From: a virus | Lineage: Duplodnaviria > Caudoviricetes | Length of the DNA stretch: 56,374 bases | IMG/VR virus record: IMGVR_UViG_3300033273_000167 | Span: 1 to 56,374 of that record | Strand: one strand, 5' to 3' | Part shown: positions 1 through 10,312 of the stretch, one piece after another | Layout of the letters: each line of letters begins with the position of its first letter | Position numbering within the stretch: the first letter of the stretch is position 1 | Translations under genes and position numbers: made by a program | Notes under the pieces: model-generated | Seen by the model: the letters and a program-made list of their open reading frames with translations, nothing else | Databases searched by the model: none | What the model was told of the DNA's origin: nothing

Positions 1-98
1 AATGCCCATCCACCAACCTCCCGACCAAGCTTCGCGTGGTCAAGAGCACCAGGCATGGCTCGAATCTAACTTCCCGAATACTCGTCACACCCAGGTAG

Positions 99-1163
99 AC
101 CTCTGGTAAAAACACCAAAGTAATTATCGTATCCACCCCACACGGTATGAATCACTTCTACCGTATGTGGCACGATGCGGAAAGAAGTAAAAATGAATAT
201 GTACCAACAGATGTTCACTGGTCCGAGGTTCCTGGAAGAGATGAAGTTTGGAAAGAACAGACGATTGCAAACACTTCGGAACAACAGTTTCGTGTTGAGT
301 TTGAGTGTGAATTCTTAGGATCTGTCAATACCCTTATAAATCCATCAAAACTAAAGAACCTTGTATATGAAAATCCAATCATTAAAAACGCAGGTTTAGA
401 TGTCTACGAAGAATCTCAAAAAGAACACAACTACCTTATTACTGTTGATGTTGCTCGTGGGTTGGGCAACGATTATTCTGCATTTATCGTGTTTGATATT
501 ACAGAGTTTCCCTATAAAGTAGTTGCCAAATATAGAAACAATGAAATAAAACCCATGTTGTTTCCAAGTGTTATCTTGGACGTTGCAAGAGGATATAATC
601 AAGCTTGGTTACTAATTGAGGTCAATGATATTGGAGATCAAGTTGCAAGTATTCTTCAATATGATTTGGAATATGAAAATATTCTTATGTGTGCCATGAG
701 AGGCAGAAACGGTCAGGTAGTTGGTTCTGGATTCAGTGGAAAAAAATCTCAACTTGGTGTTAGAACAACTGCAGCAGTTAAAAAATTAGGTTGCTCCAAT
801 CTCAAGACATTAATAGAAGATGACAAATTACTTACGACTGATTATGAAGTCATCTCAGAATTAACTACTTTTGCTCAGAAAGGAAATTCTTTTGAAGCAG
901 AAGAGGGGTGTAATGATGACTTAGCAATGTGTCTTGTTATATTTTCTTGGTTAGTTGCACAAGACTATTTCAAGGAGATGACGGAAAATGATGTAAGAAA
1001 AAGAATATATGAAGAACAAAAAAATCAGATAGAACAAGATATGGCACCATTTGGATTTATTTCAGATGGATTCAATGATGAAACTACTTTTGTAGATAAT
1101 TCTGGTGATAGATGGTATTCTGACGAATATGGTGATAGATCGTATATGTGGGATTATATGTAA
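99..1163 (+). CDS. gp17: Terminase large subunit, C-terminal part (5' end missing)
   Basis: In-frame TSGKNTKVIIVSTPHGMNHFY from nt 99; nuclease motifs TVDVARG and NDDLAMCL; lies upstream of gp18. An in-frame TAG at 96-98 bounds the gp17-like sequence. Confidence 0.95.
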   Translation, partial: TSGKNTKVIIVSTPHGMNHFYRMWHDAERSKNEYVPTDVHWSEVPGRDEVWKEQTIANTSEQQFRVEFECEFLGSVNTLINPSKLKNLVYENPIIKNAGLDVYEESQKEHNYLITVDVARGLGNDYSAFIVFDITEFPYKVVAKYRNNEIKPMLFPSVILDVARGYNQAWLLIEVNDIGDQVASILQYDLEYENILMCAMRGRNGQVVGSGFSGKKSQLGVRTTAAVKKLGCSNLKTLIEDDKLLTTDYEVISELTTFAQKGNSFEAEEGCNDDLAMCLVIFSWLVAQDYFKEMTENDVRKRIYEEQKNQIEQDMAPFGFISDGFNDETTFVDNSGDRWYSDEYGDRSYMWDYM

Positions 1164-1387
1164 TGTCTTTCGATGATGATATTGAATTAGAACATCTATT
1201 ATTTCTTGAAAGGAAATGTAGAGTATGTGGAAAAATAAAAAATTTATTGAATGACTTTTATAAAACTAGAAAAGATAGAACTCTGGCATCATCATATTCA
1301 TATGAATGTAAAGAGTGTACTAAGAGAAGAGTTAACAGAAAAAATCTGAAAGTAAAGAATATTGTGTGGGAATACCCAGATTGGTGA
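1163..1387 (+). CDS. Small hypothetical protein with CxxC...CxxC (Zn-binding) motifs
   Basis: CRVC and CKEC motifs; ATG overlaps the gp17 stop (TAATG). Confidence 0.75.
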   Translation: MSFDDDIELEHLLFLERKCRVCGKIKNLLNDFYKTRKDRTLASSYSYECKECTKRRVNRKNLKVKNIVWEYPDW

Positions 1388-1467
1388 TATCATGCATAGT
1401 TTCCCCAGTGAAAATACCCCTTTCCATAAATATTTTTAGATAAATTTGGCTGCGAGGGAAAAACAAG

Positions 1468-3684
1468 ATGCCACTAAATTTAGCATCTCCCGGTATTGTA
1501 GTAAGGGAAGTTGATCTGACAGTAGGTAGGGTAGACCCAACCTCTGCAGGTATTGGTGCAATTGTAGCACCTTTCGCACAAGGTCCCGTCGATTCACCTA
1601 CAATAGTCGGAAGCGAAAAGGATCTTTTAGAGACTTTCGGAAAACCATATAGCACGGATAAGCACTATGAGCACTGGCTCACTGCTTCTTCTTTCTTAGC
1701 ATATGGTGGATCACTACAGGTTGTCAGAGCAGACGATACAGATCTCAGAAATGGATTTGTTGCTGTAAGTAGTGCCACAACCTCAACTAAAATTAAGAGT
1801 TTAGATCATTACGAAGAACTTGGATATGATGAAAATACAATTACTGGTGTAGTTGTTGCGGCAAGAAATCCTGGTTCTTGGGGTAATGGTTTAAGAGTTG
1901 GTATTATTGATGCCAAGGCAGACCAAATCTTAGGTGTTTCTACATCTAACATTGGAGTTGGTTATGGAGTTACTCAGGCAGTTCCTGCTAATACAGTTAT
2001 TGCCGGAGCAGGAACAACTTCTTTATTGGATGGATATTTCAAAGGTCTTGTTACCGAAGTTGGTAGTGGTGAAATTGGAGTCAAAATACTTCAACATGTT
2101 TCTAGTGGAGGTACAGTAACTTCAATTGATTATCAACCAAACGGCAAATATAGATTTACCTCCACAGCTGGAGCAGGTACTACCGTTAGACTTGGAGTTA
2201 CCACTTCGGTAGGAGGTTCAATCAGCCTCACTACCAATCCGGAGGTCACATCAAGAAAAGATTGGTTTGATCAACAGACACTTTCATTAACTGCTACATC
2301 TTCTGTTAAGTGGAATTCACTGGCAGAAAGACCAGGAACCTCTGCATATGCTGCGGCAAGAGGATCTAAGTTTGATGAAGTTCATGTTGTTGTAATTGAT
2401 GGTGACGGATCTATTACCGGAAACAGTGGAACAATCCTTGAAAAAAATCTTGCTTTATCAAAAGCAAAAGACGCAGAGTATTCATTAGGTTCTCCTTCAT
2501 ATTGGAGAAAGTTCATCGCAAGTAACTCCGAATATATCTTCGGTGGTAATTCACCAGCTGGTATTGTAACTACCGGATTTAGTGGTAGCACCGCAGGTAG
2601 TTTTGCCATTGCTTCTGATGTTGGTTGGGATCAAAATGCAGAAGGAATCACCTTTGCGGCAAGTGGAAATTCTAACAATGTACTTACAGGTGGAAAAAAT
2701 TATAATGGATTAGCAGGAATTGGATCTACCGCTGCTGGTGGTGGAGCATTGAGTGCTGGATTATCTGGTTTAGTATCTGGATACAGTTTATTTGAAAACA
2801 CTGAAAGATTTGATGTAGATTTCATTCTTATGGGATCTGCCGGATACAGTAAAGAAGAAGCACAGGCACTTGCCAATAAGTGTATTTCAGTTGCCGAGAT
2901 AAGAAAAGATGCGGTGGCATTCATCTCACCATATAGAGGTGCTGCAATAACTGATACCTCTAGTGAAACTGCAGTAACTATTAGATCTGCAGAAACTACC
3001 ACTGAAAATGTAATTGATTTCTATTCTTCAATCACATCATCAACTTATGGAATTTTTGATAGTGGTTATAAGTATATGTTTGATAGGTTTGCAAACACCT
3101 TTAGATATGTACCACTGAATGGAGACATTGCTGGACTTTGTGCCAGAAATGATGCCAATAACTTCCCATGGTTCTCACCAGCAGGAACAAATAGAGGAGC
3201 AATCCTGAATGCAGTCAAACTTGCTTACAATCCAAGCAAAGCTGAAAGAGACAGACTTTATTCAAATAGAGTCAACCCTGTAATCTTCTCTCCTGGTGCC
3301 GGTATTGTTCTCTTTGGAGACAAAACTGGATTTGGTAAATCATCAGCATTTGATCGTATTAATGTTCGTAGATTGTTTATCTATCTCGAAGATGCAATCT
3401 CTGCTGCTGCAAAAGATCAACTGTTTGAATTCAACGACGAAATCACAAGAACTAACTTTGTGAACATTGTTGAACCATTCCTTCGTGATGTTCAGGCAAA
3501 GAGAGGAATTTTTGATTTCGTTGTCATTTGCGACGAAACAAATAATACTGCTGCAATTATAGATAATAATGAGTTTGTAGCAGACATTTATATCAAACCC
3601 GCAAGATCAATCAACTTCATCGGTCTTACGTTTGTTGCCACCAGAACTGGTGTTTCATTTGAAGAAGTTATCGGAAACGTTTAA
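1468..3684 (+). CDS. gp18: Tail sheath protein
   Basis: N-terminal LASPGIVVREVD, WFSPAG, FDRINVRRLF, IKPARSINFI; synteny. Confidence 0.98.
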   Translation: MPLNLASPGIVVREVDLTVGRVDPTSAGIGAIVAPFAQGPVDSPTIVGSEKDLLETFGKPYSTDKHYEHWLTASSFLAYGGSLQVVRADDTDLRNGFVAVSSATTSTKIKSLDHYEELGYDENTITGVVVAARNPGSWGNGLRVGIIDAKADQILGVSTSNIGVGYGVTQAVPANTVIAGAGTTSLLDGYFKGLVTEVGSGEIGVKILQHVSSGGTVTSIDYQPNGKYRFTSTAGAGTTVRLGVTTSVGGSISLTTNPEVTSRKDWFDQQTLSLTATSSVKWNSLAERPGTSAYAAARGSKFDEVHVVVIDGDGSITGNSGTILEKNLALSKAKDAEYSLGSPSYWRKFIASNSEYIFGGNSPAGIVTTGFSGSTAGSFAIASDVGWDQNAEGITFAASGNSNNVLTGGKNYNGLAGIGSTAAGGGALSAGLSGLVSGYSLFENTERFDVDFILMGSAGYSKEEAQALANKCISVAEIRKDAVAFISPYRGAAITDTSSETAVTIRSAETTTENVIDFYSSITSSTYGIFDSGYKYMFDRFANTFRYVPLNGDIAGLCARNDANNFPWFSPAGTNRGAILNAVKLAYNPSKAERDRLYSNRVNPVIFSPGAGIVLFGDKTGFGKSSAFDRINVRRLFIYLEDAISAAAKDQLFEFNDEITRTNFVNIVEPFLRDVQAKRGIFDFVVICDETNNTAAIIDNNEFVADIYIKPARSINFIGLTFVATRTGVSFEEVIGNV

Positions 3685-3703
3685 TTTAGAGGTATAAGAA
3701 ACA

Positions 3704-4303
3704 ATGGCAAACCGTCAACAAGTAAACACCTTACCATTAAGGACCATTAGTGACTTTAAAAGTAAACTGAAGGGTGGTGGTGCAAGACCTAATCTGTTTG
3801 AGGTGGAACTCACGTTCCCCTCAATCGTTGGAGTCCAAGATGAAAATGAAGTAATTGAAAATTCCAGATTTCTTGTAAAGGCAGCAAACTTACCTGCTTC
3901 TACAGTTGCCAACATTGATATTCCTTTTAGAGGAAGAATTCTAAAGATTGCTGGTGACAGAACATTTGAAACCTGGACAATTACAGTTATCAATGATACT
4001 TCATTCTCCATCAGATCAGCATTTGAAAAGTGGATGAATACCATCAATAAACTCAATGATGGAACTGGAGAAACAGACCCAGCACTTTATCAGGTAGATG
4101 CTAAAGTTCATCAACTTGATCGTGAAGGAAGAACTCTTAGGAAATATGTTTTTAAAGATGTATTCCCAACGAATATTTCTGCAATTGATCTAAACTATGA
4201 AACCACTGATACCATTCAGGAGTTCACCGTAGAAATGCAGGTTCATTTCTATGAAGCATTCAAAGGTAATGCTCCACAATCCGGTGGTGAGAACATCAGC
4301 TAA
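3704..4303 (+). CDS. gp19: Tail tube protein
   Basis: GGGARPNLFEV, IPFRGR.LKIAGDRTF; follows the sheath gene. Confidence 0.97.
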   Translation: MANRQQVNTLPLRTISDFKSKLKGGGARPNLFEVELTFPSIVGVQDENEVIENSRFLVKAANLPASTVANIDIPFRGRILKIAGDRTFETWTITVINDTSFSIRSAFEKWMNTINKLNDGTGETDPALYQVDAKVHQLDREGRTLRKYVFKDVFPTNISAIDLNYETTDTIQEFTVEMQVHFYEAFKGNAPQSGGENIS

Positions 4304-4335
4304 ATAGTAAAATAACAGTCTAGTTAGTTTATACT

Positions 4336-5991
4336 ATGGCAAAACTTTTTGGTTTTTCTATTGAAGATACAGAAAAAAAATCCAAGTCTATAGTTTCCCC
4401 CGTCCCCGAAAATAACGAGGACGGGGTTGATAACTATATTAGTAGTGGATTTTATGGTTCGTATGTAGATATTGAAGGGCAATATAGAACAGAATTTGAT
4501 TTAATAAAAAGATATAGAGAAATGTCACTTCATCCCGAAACGGATGGAGCAATAGAAGATGTCGTAAACGAAGCAATCGTTAGCGATCTTTATGATTCTC
4601 CAATTGAGATTGAACTTTCAAATCTCAATGCAACTGATAAGCTAAAAAAAGCAATTAGAAAAGAATTTAAATATATTAAAGAAATTTTAGACTTTGATAA
4701 AAAGTCTCATGAAATTTTTAGAAATTGGTATATTGATGGAAGACTTTATTATCATAAAGTAATTGATATGAAAAATCCTCAGGAAGGAATTAAAGAACTG
4801 AGGTATATTGATCCTATGAAAATGAAATTTGTCCGTCAAGAAAAGAAAAAAGACAAAAATGTCATTGGACCAAATATTCCTGGTCGTGATGAAACTAAGA
4901 ATGGTATTGCTCCTGAGATTGAAGAATATTTTGTTTATACTCCCAAACCAGCATATCCTACCAATAATTTAAGTGGTGGTGGAGGAACAAAAGGAACTAA
5001 AATTGCGAAAGATGCAATTACATATTGTACTTCTGGTCTTGTAGATAGAAATAAAGGAACTGTTCTTTCATATCTACACAAAGCAATCAAAGCACTCAAT
5101 CAACTTAGAATGATTGAGGATTCTCTTGTAATTTATAGATTGTCAAGAGCACCAGAACGTCGTATTTTCTATATTGACGTTGGCAATCTTCCAAAAGTAA
5201 AAGCAGAACAATATCTGCGTGATGTTATGATGCGTTATCGTAACAAACAAGTTTACGATGCAAACACGGGAGAAATTCGTGATGATCGAAAATTTATGTC
5301 TATGATGGAAGACTTCTGGCTTCCTAGACGTGAGGGTGGAAGGGGAACTGAAATCTCTACACTTCCCGGTGGACAAAACTTGGGAGAACTTGCCGATATT
5401 GAATATTTCCAAAAGAAACTTTATAGAGCACTTGGTGTTCCTGAATCTAGAATTGCTGCAGATGGTGGTTTTAATCTTGGTCGTTCTTCCGAAATTCTGC
5501 GTGATGAATTAAAGTTTGCTAAGTTTGTTGGTCGTCTGAGAAAGAGATTTGCTCAGATGTTCAATGATATGTTGAAGACTCAATTAATCCTCAAAAATAT
5601 TGTTTCTGTAGAGGATTGGGATAGAATTTCTGATCACATTCAATATGATTTCTTATATGACAATCAGTTTGCAGAACTCAAAGAAACTGAAATGTTGAAT
5701 GAGAGGCTTGGTGTTCTTGCAACGATTGAACCATATATTGGTAAGTATTATTCAACTCAATGGGTTCGTAGTAAAGTTCTCCGTCAAACTGATGCAGAGA
5801 TGATTGAAATGGATGAGCAGATTGAACAGGAAATTAAAGACGGAGTTATTCCTGATCCAAGTTCAATAGATCCTATTACAGGAGAACCATTACCACAAGA
5901 AGGTGAGCAGGGAATGATGGGTGATGTTCCTATGGAACCAGAAATTGATGGTGGAATTACTGATGCTGACGGTAAAGCTGCTGAGATATAA
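4336..5991 (+). CDS. gp20: Portal vertex protein
   Basis: YRLSRAPERRIFYIDVGNLPK, EDFWLPRREGGRGTEI. Confidence 0.98.
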   Translation: MAKLFGFSIEDTEKKSKSIVSPVPENNEDGVDNYISSGFYGSYVDIEGQYRTEFDLIKRYREMSLHPETDGAIEDVVNEAIVSDLYDSPIEIELSNLNATDKLKKAIRKEFKYIKEILDFDKKSHEIFRNWYIDGRLYYHKVIDMKNPQEGIKELRYIDPMKMKFVRQEKKKDKNVIGPNIPGRDETKNGIAPEIEEYFVYTPKPAYPTNNLSGGGGTKGTKIAKDAITYCTSGLVDRNKGTVLSYLHKAIKALNQLRMIEDSLVIYRLSRAPERRIFYIDVGNLPKVKAEQYLRDVMMRYRNKQVYDANTGEIRDDRKFMSMMEDFWLPRREGGRGTEISTLPGGQNLGELADIEYFQKKLYRALGVPESRIAADGGFNLGRSSEILRDELKFAKFVGRLRKRFAQMFNDMLKTQLILKNIVSVEDWDRISDHIQYDFLYDNQFAELKETEMLNERLGVLATIEPYIGKYYSTQWVRSKVLRQTDAEMIEMDEQIEQEIKDGVIPDPSSIDPITGEPLPQEGEQGMMGDVPMEPEIDGGITDADGKAAEI

Positions 5992-5994
5992 ATA
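5987..5994 (+). promoter_or_regulatory. T4-type late promoter TATAAATA
   Basis: Exact gp55 consensus upstream of the ORF at 6020. Other exact copies at 7115, 27765, 38361, 40319, 46493, 47643 and 55658; variants (CATAAATA/CTAAATA) at 1425, 9748, 28474 and 35578. Confidence 0.8.
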
Positions 5995-6019
5995 GAAAAT
6001 ATAGTTATTATAAATTTTC

Positions 6020-6196
6020 ATGGAAGAAATTGTAAATTTAATCGGAGCAGATGAGTCTGCATCCGACATTAGTGACAAGATTAAGGATGTTTTGTATGCA
6101 AAAGCAGCAGAACGTATTGAAGGCATTAAACCAAAAGTAGGTGCATCCATGTTTGGTGATTCCAATGTAGACACAGAAGAGGAACAAGATGGCTAG
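6020..6196 (+). CDS. Small acidic protein, probable prohead core component (gp67 position); not in the ORF track
   Basis: Manual translation, 58 aa: MEEIVNLIGADESASDISDKIKDVLYAKAAERIE...EEEQDG; lies between gp20 and gp21 behind a late promoter. Confidence 0.7.
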   Translation: MEEIVNLIGADESASDISDKIKDVLYAKAAERIEGIKPKVGASMFGDSNVDTEEEQDG

Positions 6197-6458
6197 GACT
6201 TTATTGTTAGGAGATGAAATAGCATTACCTGTTAATACTGGTACTGCTACTAGTTTTTCTTCCGCGACTGTAGTTAGACTTGTCAATACAACAGGAACTG
6301 CACAGGTTATTACTGTTGTAGAAACTCAAAGTGGTACAGGTATTGGATCTTTTACAATGCTTGGTAATACGACAGAATTGTTGGAAAAAAATGCATCATA
6401 TTGTGTTTTTGCAAGTGCAGCAACTGTAAAAGGTACAAAAGTAGGATTCACAGGATAA
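6189..6458 (+). CDS. Hypothetical protein between portal and prohead protease
   Basis: 89-aa ORF in operon context. Confidence 0.75.
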   Translation: MARTLLLGDEIALPVNTGTATSFSSATVVRLVNTTGTAQVITVVETQSGTGIGSFTMLGNTTELLEKNASYCVFASAATVKGTKVGFTG

Positions 6459-6461
6459 ACA

Positions 6462-7112
6462 ATGAAACTTATCACAGAAGAAGTAACAAACGTCAAAATT
6501 ATTACTGAAGGCAAAGGTGCCGGTAAGAAACTCTATATCGAAGGAGTTTTTCTTCAGGGTAATATCAAAAACCGTAATGGCAGAATGTATCCAATGGAGA
6601 CTCTTGCCAAAGAGGTCGGTAGATATAACGAAACTTTTGTTCAAAAAGGACGTGCTCTCGGAGAACTTGGTCACCCCGATGGACCTACCGTAAATCTTGA
6701 TCGTGTTTCTCACAAGATTATCTCTCTGAAAGCAGAGGGTAATAATTTTATTGGTAAGGCACAAATTTTGAATACCCCCATGGGTAAGATTGCATCTTCA
6801 CTTCTTGATGAAGGTGTAATGCTTGGTGTTTCTTCTCGTGGTGTTGGATCATTAAAAGAAGATAGAAACGGTGTAAGAGTTGTTGGTGAAGATTTTCAGT
6901 TGGCAACTGCTGCTGATATCGTTGCCGATCCTTCCGCACCTGATGCTTTTGTCAATGGAATTATGGAAGGAAAAGAGTGGGTTTGGGAAGGAGGAATTCT
7001 TCGTGAACAACTCGCAGAAAAGACTGAAAGAAGGATCAACACCCTTGTCGATCAAAAAATGCTCGAAGAGCATAAGTTGAACTTATTCAACGAATTCTTA
7101 TCAAATCTATAA
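6462..7112 (+). CDS. gp21: Prohead core protease
   Basis: MKLITE start, ALGELGHP, GVSSRGVGS, DIVADPSAPDA. Confidence 0.97.
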   Translation: MKLITEEVTNVKIITEGKGAGKKLYIEGVFLQGNIKNRNGRMYPMETLAKEVGRYNETFVQKGRALGELGHPDGPTVNLDRVSHKIISLKAEGNNFIGKAQILNTPMGKIASSLLDEGVMLGVSSRGVGSLKEDRNGVRVVGEDFQLATAADIVADPSAPDAFVNGIMEGKEWVWEGGILREQLAEKTERRINTLVDQKMLEEHKLNLFNEFLSNL

Positions 7113-7153
7113 TTTATAAATAAATATAGATTAATACAAAAATATCTAATCAA

Positions 7154-8281
7154 ATGTCCGTTGGTAGCAATTTACAAGAAATGGAAAACGTAGTAACCAA
7201 AGGCGCTGCTGCAGCTGATCCGATGCCAAAGGCAGGAAGCAATGCTTCCGGTGTTTCGACACCTGGCCAAACTGGTAGTTACGAAGATCTCGGTGGCCCA
7301 ACCCCAGAAAATTACAAAGTAGACGACGATTCTGCAAAAATTGCAGAACCCAAAATCGCAACTGTCAAAGACATTGTGAATAGAGGTGCTAAACCTGCCG
7401 AACCCATGCCTAAGGGTATGAAGGAAGAGGAAGAGGTAGAAGGAGAAGTTGTCGAAGAGGAAGAAACCACTGCATCTGCTGAAGACGTAGTATCTGAAGA
7501 AGAGACTACCGAAGAAGAAGTGGTTACCGAAGAAGAGGAAGCACCTGAAGCAGAATACAACATCGAGGAAGATGTTGAAGCACTGCTTGCCGGTGAAGAA
7601 CTCTCCGAAGATTTCCAAGAGAAAGCACGCACCATTTTTGAAACTGCTATCAAGACAAAAGTTGCTGAAGTTCAAGAAGAACTGAAAGCACAATATGAAG
7701 CAACCCTCGAAGAGGAAGTTTCGGCAATTAAGTCCGAACTCACTGAGAGAGTTGATGCATATCTTGAGTATGTTGCTGAAGAGTGGATGACTGAAAATCA
7801 ACTCGCAGTTGAAGCAGGACTCAAGTCTGAAATGACCGAATCATTCCTCACCGGAATCCGAGGTCTTTTTGAAGAACATTATGTAACTATCCCTGAAGAA
7901 AAATATGATGTAACTGCCGCAATGGTAGAAAAATTAGATGAGATGGAAGATAAACTCAACGAGCAAATTAATAAGAATATTGCTCTCAATCAAAGATTAG
8001 CTGAGTCGGTTGCTGATGTAATCTTCTCCGAGGTCTGCGAAGGTCTGGCACTTTCACAGAAGGATAAACTCGCTTCTCTTGCCGAAAATGTTGAGTTTGA
8101 TAGTGAAGAAACATATCGTGAGAAACTGGTAACTCTGCGTAAGTCTTACTTCCCAGAGAATGCCGGAGCTCAAAGAGACGAGTCAGAAAACATTTCTGAA
8201 AATTCAGAAATTTCTGCACAACCAACTACTGGTTTAATGGAATCATATCTTGACACTCTGACTAGAGTTTCGCAAAAGTGA
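7154..8281 (+). CDS. gp22: Prohead scaffolding/core protein
   Basis: Very acidic coiled coil, KARTIFETA, YLEYVAEEW; lies between gp21 and gp23. Confidence 0.93.
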   Translation: MSVGSNLQEMENVVTKGAAAADPMPKAGSNASGVSTPGQTGSYEDLGGPTPENYKVDDDSAKIAEPKIATVKDIVNRGAKPAEPMPKGMKEEEEVEGEVVEEEETTASAEDVVSEEETTEEEVVTEEEEAPEAEYNIEEDVEALLAGEELSEDFQEKARTIFETAIKTKVAEVQEELKAQYEATLEEEVSAIKSELTERVDAYLEYVAEEWMTENQLAVEAGLKSEMTESFLTGIRGLFEEHYVTIPEEKYDVTAAMVEKLDEMEDKLNEQINKNIALNQRLAESVADVIFSEVCEGLALSQKDKLASLAENVEFDSEETYREKLVTLRKSYFPENAGAQRDESENISENSEISAQPTTGLMESYLDTLTRVSQK

Positions 8282-8325
8282 TTTTTTAATTATACGTCAA
8301 ACTAAAAATTTTAAGGTAAATTCAA

Positions 8326-9696
8326 ATGCAAGGTTTCAATGCTGAAAGCCTTCAGGAGAAGTGGGCACCTATCCTCAACCATGAGGGTCTCGGTGGCATC
8401 GAAGATGCACACAAGAGAATGGTAACCGCAGTTCTCCTGGAGAACCAAGAAAAAATGCTTAAGGAAGAAAGAGAATTTCTTTCTGAAGCTGGTCCAACTA
8501 ACTCAACCGGAGCCGGAGTTGCTAACTTCGATCCCGTTCTGATCTCCTTGATCAGACGTGCAATGCCTAACCTGGTCGCATATGACCTCGCAGGTGTTCA
8601 ACCAATGAACGGTCCTACCGGACTGATCTTCGCAATGCGTTCCCGTTACTCTTCACAGAGTGGAACCGAAGCTCTGTTCGACGAAGCAGATACTGCATTC
8701 TCAAACAGTGGTATTTCTACCTCTGGACTCTACACACCTGGTTCCGATGGTTCCGGTGTTGGTTTAGGTACAGGAACTGGTGGTGCTACTAGCTCCAATC
8801 CTGCTGCTCTGAACCCAAGCACTAACCTGACTCAGGCTGCTTACGGTGTTGGTCAGGGTATGGACACCGCACAGTCTGAAGGACTGGGTGCTACTAATGA
8901 TAATGACTTCAACGAGATGGCATTCTCGATTGAGAAAGTCACCGTTACTGCGAAGTCAAGAGCACTGAAAGCCGAGTATTCACTCGAACTCGCACAAGAC
9001 CTCAAGGCAATCCACGGTCTGAATGCTGAGGCTGAGTTGGCAAACATCCTGTCAACTGAGATCCTCGCAGAAATCAACCGTGAAGTTATCAGAACCATCT
9101 ACAAGACTGCTAGGACTGGTGCTGAAACTAACGTTGCTAACCAAGGTACTTTCGACCTCGATGTTGACTCCAACGGTCGTTGGTCTGTTGAGAAGTTCAA
9201 AGGTCTGATTTTCCAAATCGAGCGTGATGCAAACCGCATTGCCCAAGAGACTCGTAGAGGAAAGGGCAACATGATTCTGTGTTCCGCAGACGTTGCTTCC
9301 GCACTGACCATGGCAGGAGTCCTCGACTACACCCCTGCACTCAACGCAAACCTGAACGTTGATGATACCGGTAACACCTTCGCAGGTGTACTTGCTGGTA
9401 AGTATCGTGTATACATCGATCCATATTCCTCTAACGGAACTACTGATCAGTATTACGTTGCTGGTTATAAGGGTTCTTCACCTTATGACGCAGGTCTGTT
9501 CTATTGCCCATATGTTCCCCTCCAGATGGTTCGTGCCGTTGGAGAGAACACCTTCCAGCCTAAGATTGGCTTCAAGACTCGTTACGGTCTTGCTGCTAAC
9601 CCATTCGCTAGTGCTGCAGGTGGAGCTGACACCGGCAAACTCAAGGTTAACGACAACCGTTACTACAGAAGAGTCACCGTCAAGAACCTCATGTGA
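8326..9696 (+). CDS. gp23: Major capsid protein
   Basis: GVQPMNGPTGLIFAMR, KSRALKAEYSLELAQDLKAIHG, FQPKIGFKTRYG. Confidence 0.99.
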   Translation: MQGFNAESLQEKWAPILNHEGLGGIEDAHKRMVTAVLLENQEKMLKEEREFLSEAGPTNSTGAGVANFDPVLISLIRRAMPNLVAYDLAGVQPMNGPTGLIFAMRSRYSSQSGTEALFDEADTAFSNSGISTSGLYTPGSDGSGVGLGTGTGGATSSNPAALNPSTNLTQAAYGVGQGMDTAQSEGLGATNDNDFNEMAFSIEKVTVTAKSRALKAEYSLELAQDLKAIHGLNAEAELANILSTEILAEINREVIRTIYKTARTGAETNVANQGTFDLDVDSNGRWSVEKFKGLIFQIERDANRIAQETRRGKGNMILCSADVASALTMAGVLDYTPALNANLNVDDTGNTFAGVLAGKYRVYIDPYSSNGTTDQYYVAGYKGSSPYDAGLFYCPYVPLQMVRAVGENTFQPKIGFKTRYGLAANPFASAAGGADTGKLKVNDNRYYRRVTVKNLM

Positions 9697-9718
9697 TCCA
9701 CGATTCACATATTTCTTC

Positions 9719-9745
9719 AAGAGGGTCTTCGGACCCTCTTTTTTT
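9719..9745 (+). terminator. Rho-independent terminator after gp23
   Basis: AAGAGGGTC-TTCG-GACCCTCTT stem with a UUCG loop, followed by a T-run. Confidence 0.92.
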
Positions 9746-9766
9746 ATCTAAATACAAATAAAAACG

Positions 9767-10312
9767 ATGTCGTCTTTTGCAAACCAGATAAACAATAGAA
9801 ATTTTTTATCTCCGGTTGGTTTTAAATTTACTCTATCAAAAGACCCTAAGATTTCTTTCTTTTGTAATTCTGCAAGGATACCTGAGATTAGTTTAGGATC
9901 GGCAATACAACCAGCGTATCTCAAAGATCTAGATGTTCCTGGAGATAAATTGACCTATGGTGATTTTTCCTTAAGATTTTTGGTTGATGAGAATATGGAA
10001 AATTATATGTCAGTTCATAATTGGTTGACTGGTTTAGGTTTTCCGGAGACTGCAAAACAATTTAGAGATCTGATAACTAATGATGATGGACAAAGAGATT
10101 TAAACGAACAATTTAGTGATGGCAGTCTTCACATTCTGAATAGTAATTTTAGAGATGTTGCTATCGTAAAATTTAGAGATTTATTTCCAATTTCCTTAAC
10201 ATCATTAGAATTTGAATCATCAGATTCTGACATAAACTACTTTACAGCAGAGGTCACTTTCAAGTATACTGTCTATAATGTGCTAGCTGCTGATAACAGA
10301 ACACCCTTATGA
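9767..10312 (+). CDS. gp3: Tail completion / tube terminator protein
   Basis: NRNFLSPVGFKF, PGDKLTYG, FLVDENMENY; typical position after gp23 in cyanomyoviruses. Confidence 0.85.
   Translation: MSSFANQINNRNFLSPVGFKFTLSKDPKISFFCNSARIPEISLGSAIQPAYLKDLDVPGDKLTYGDFSLRFLVDENMENYMSVHNWLTGLGFPETAKQFRDLITNDDGQRDLNEQFSDGSLHILNSNFRDVAIVKFRDLFPISLTSLEFESSDSDINYFTAEVTFKYTVYNVLAADNRTPL

Noticed and set aside
7172-7801. Long minus-strand ORFs opposite gp22 (and similar ones at 16871-17653, 18011-18607, 45758-46324 and 46585-47358)
   Set aside because: They are antisense shadows of well-supported genes with biased codon usage; they have no RBS or recognisable motifs.
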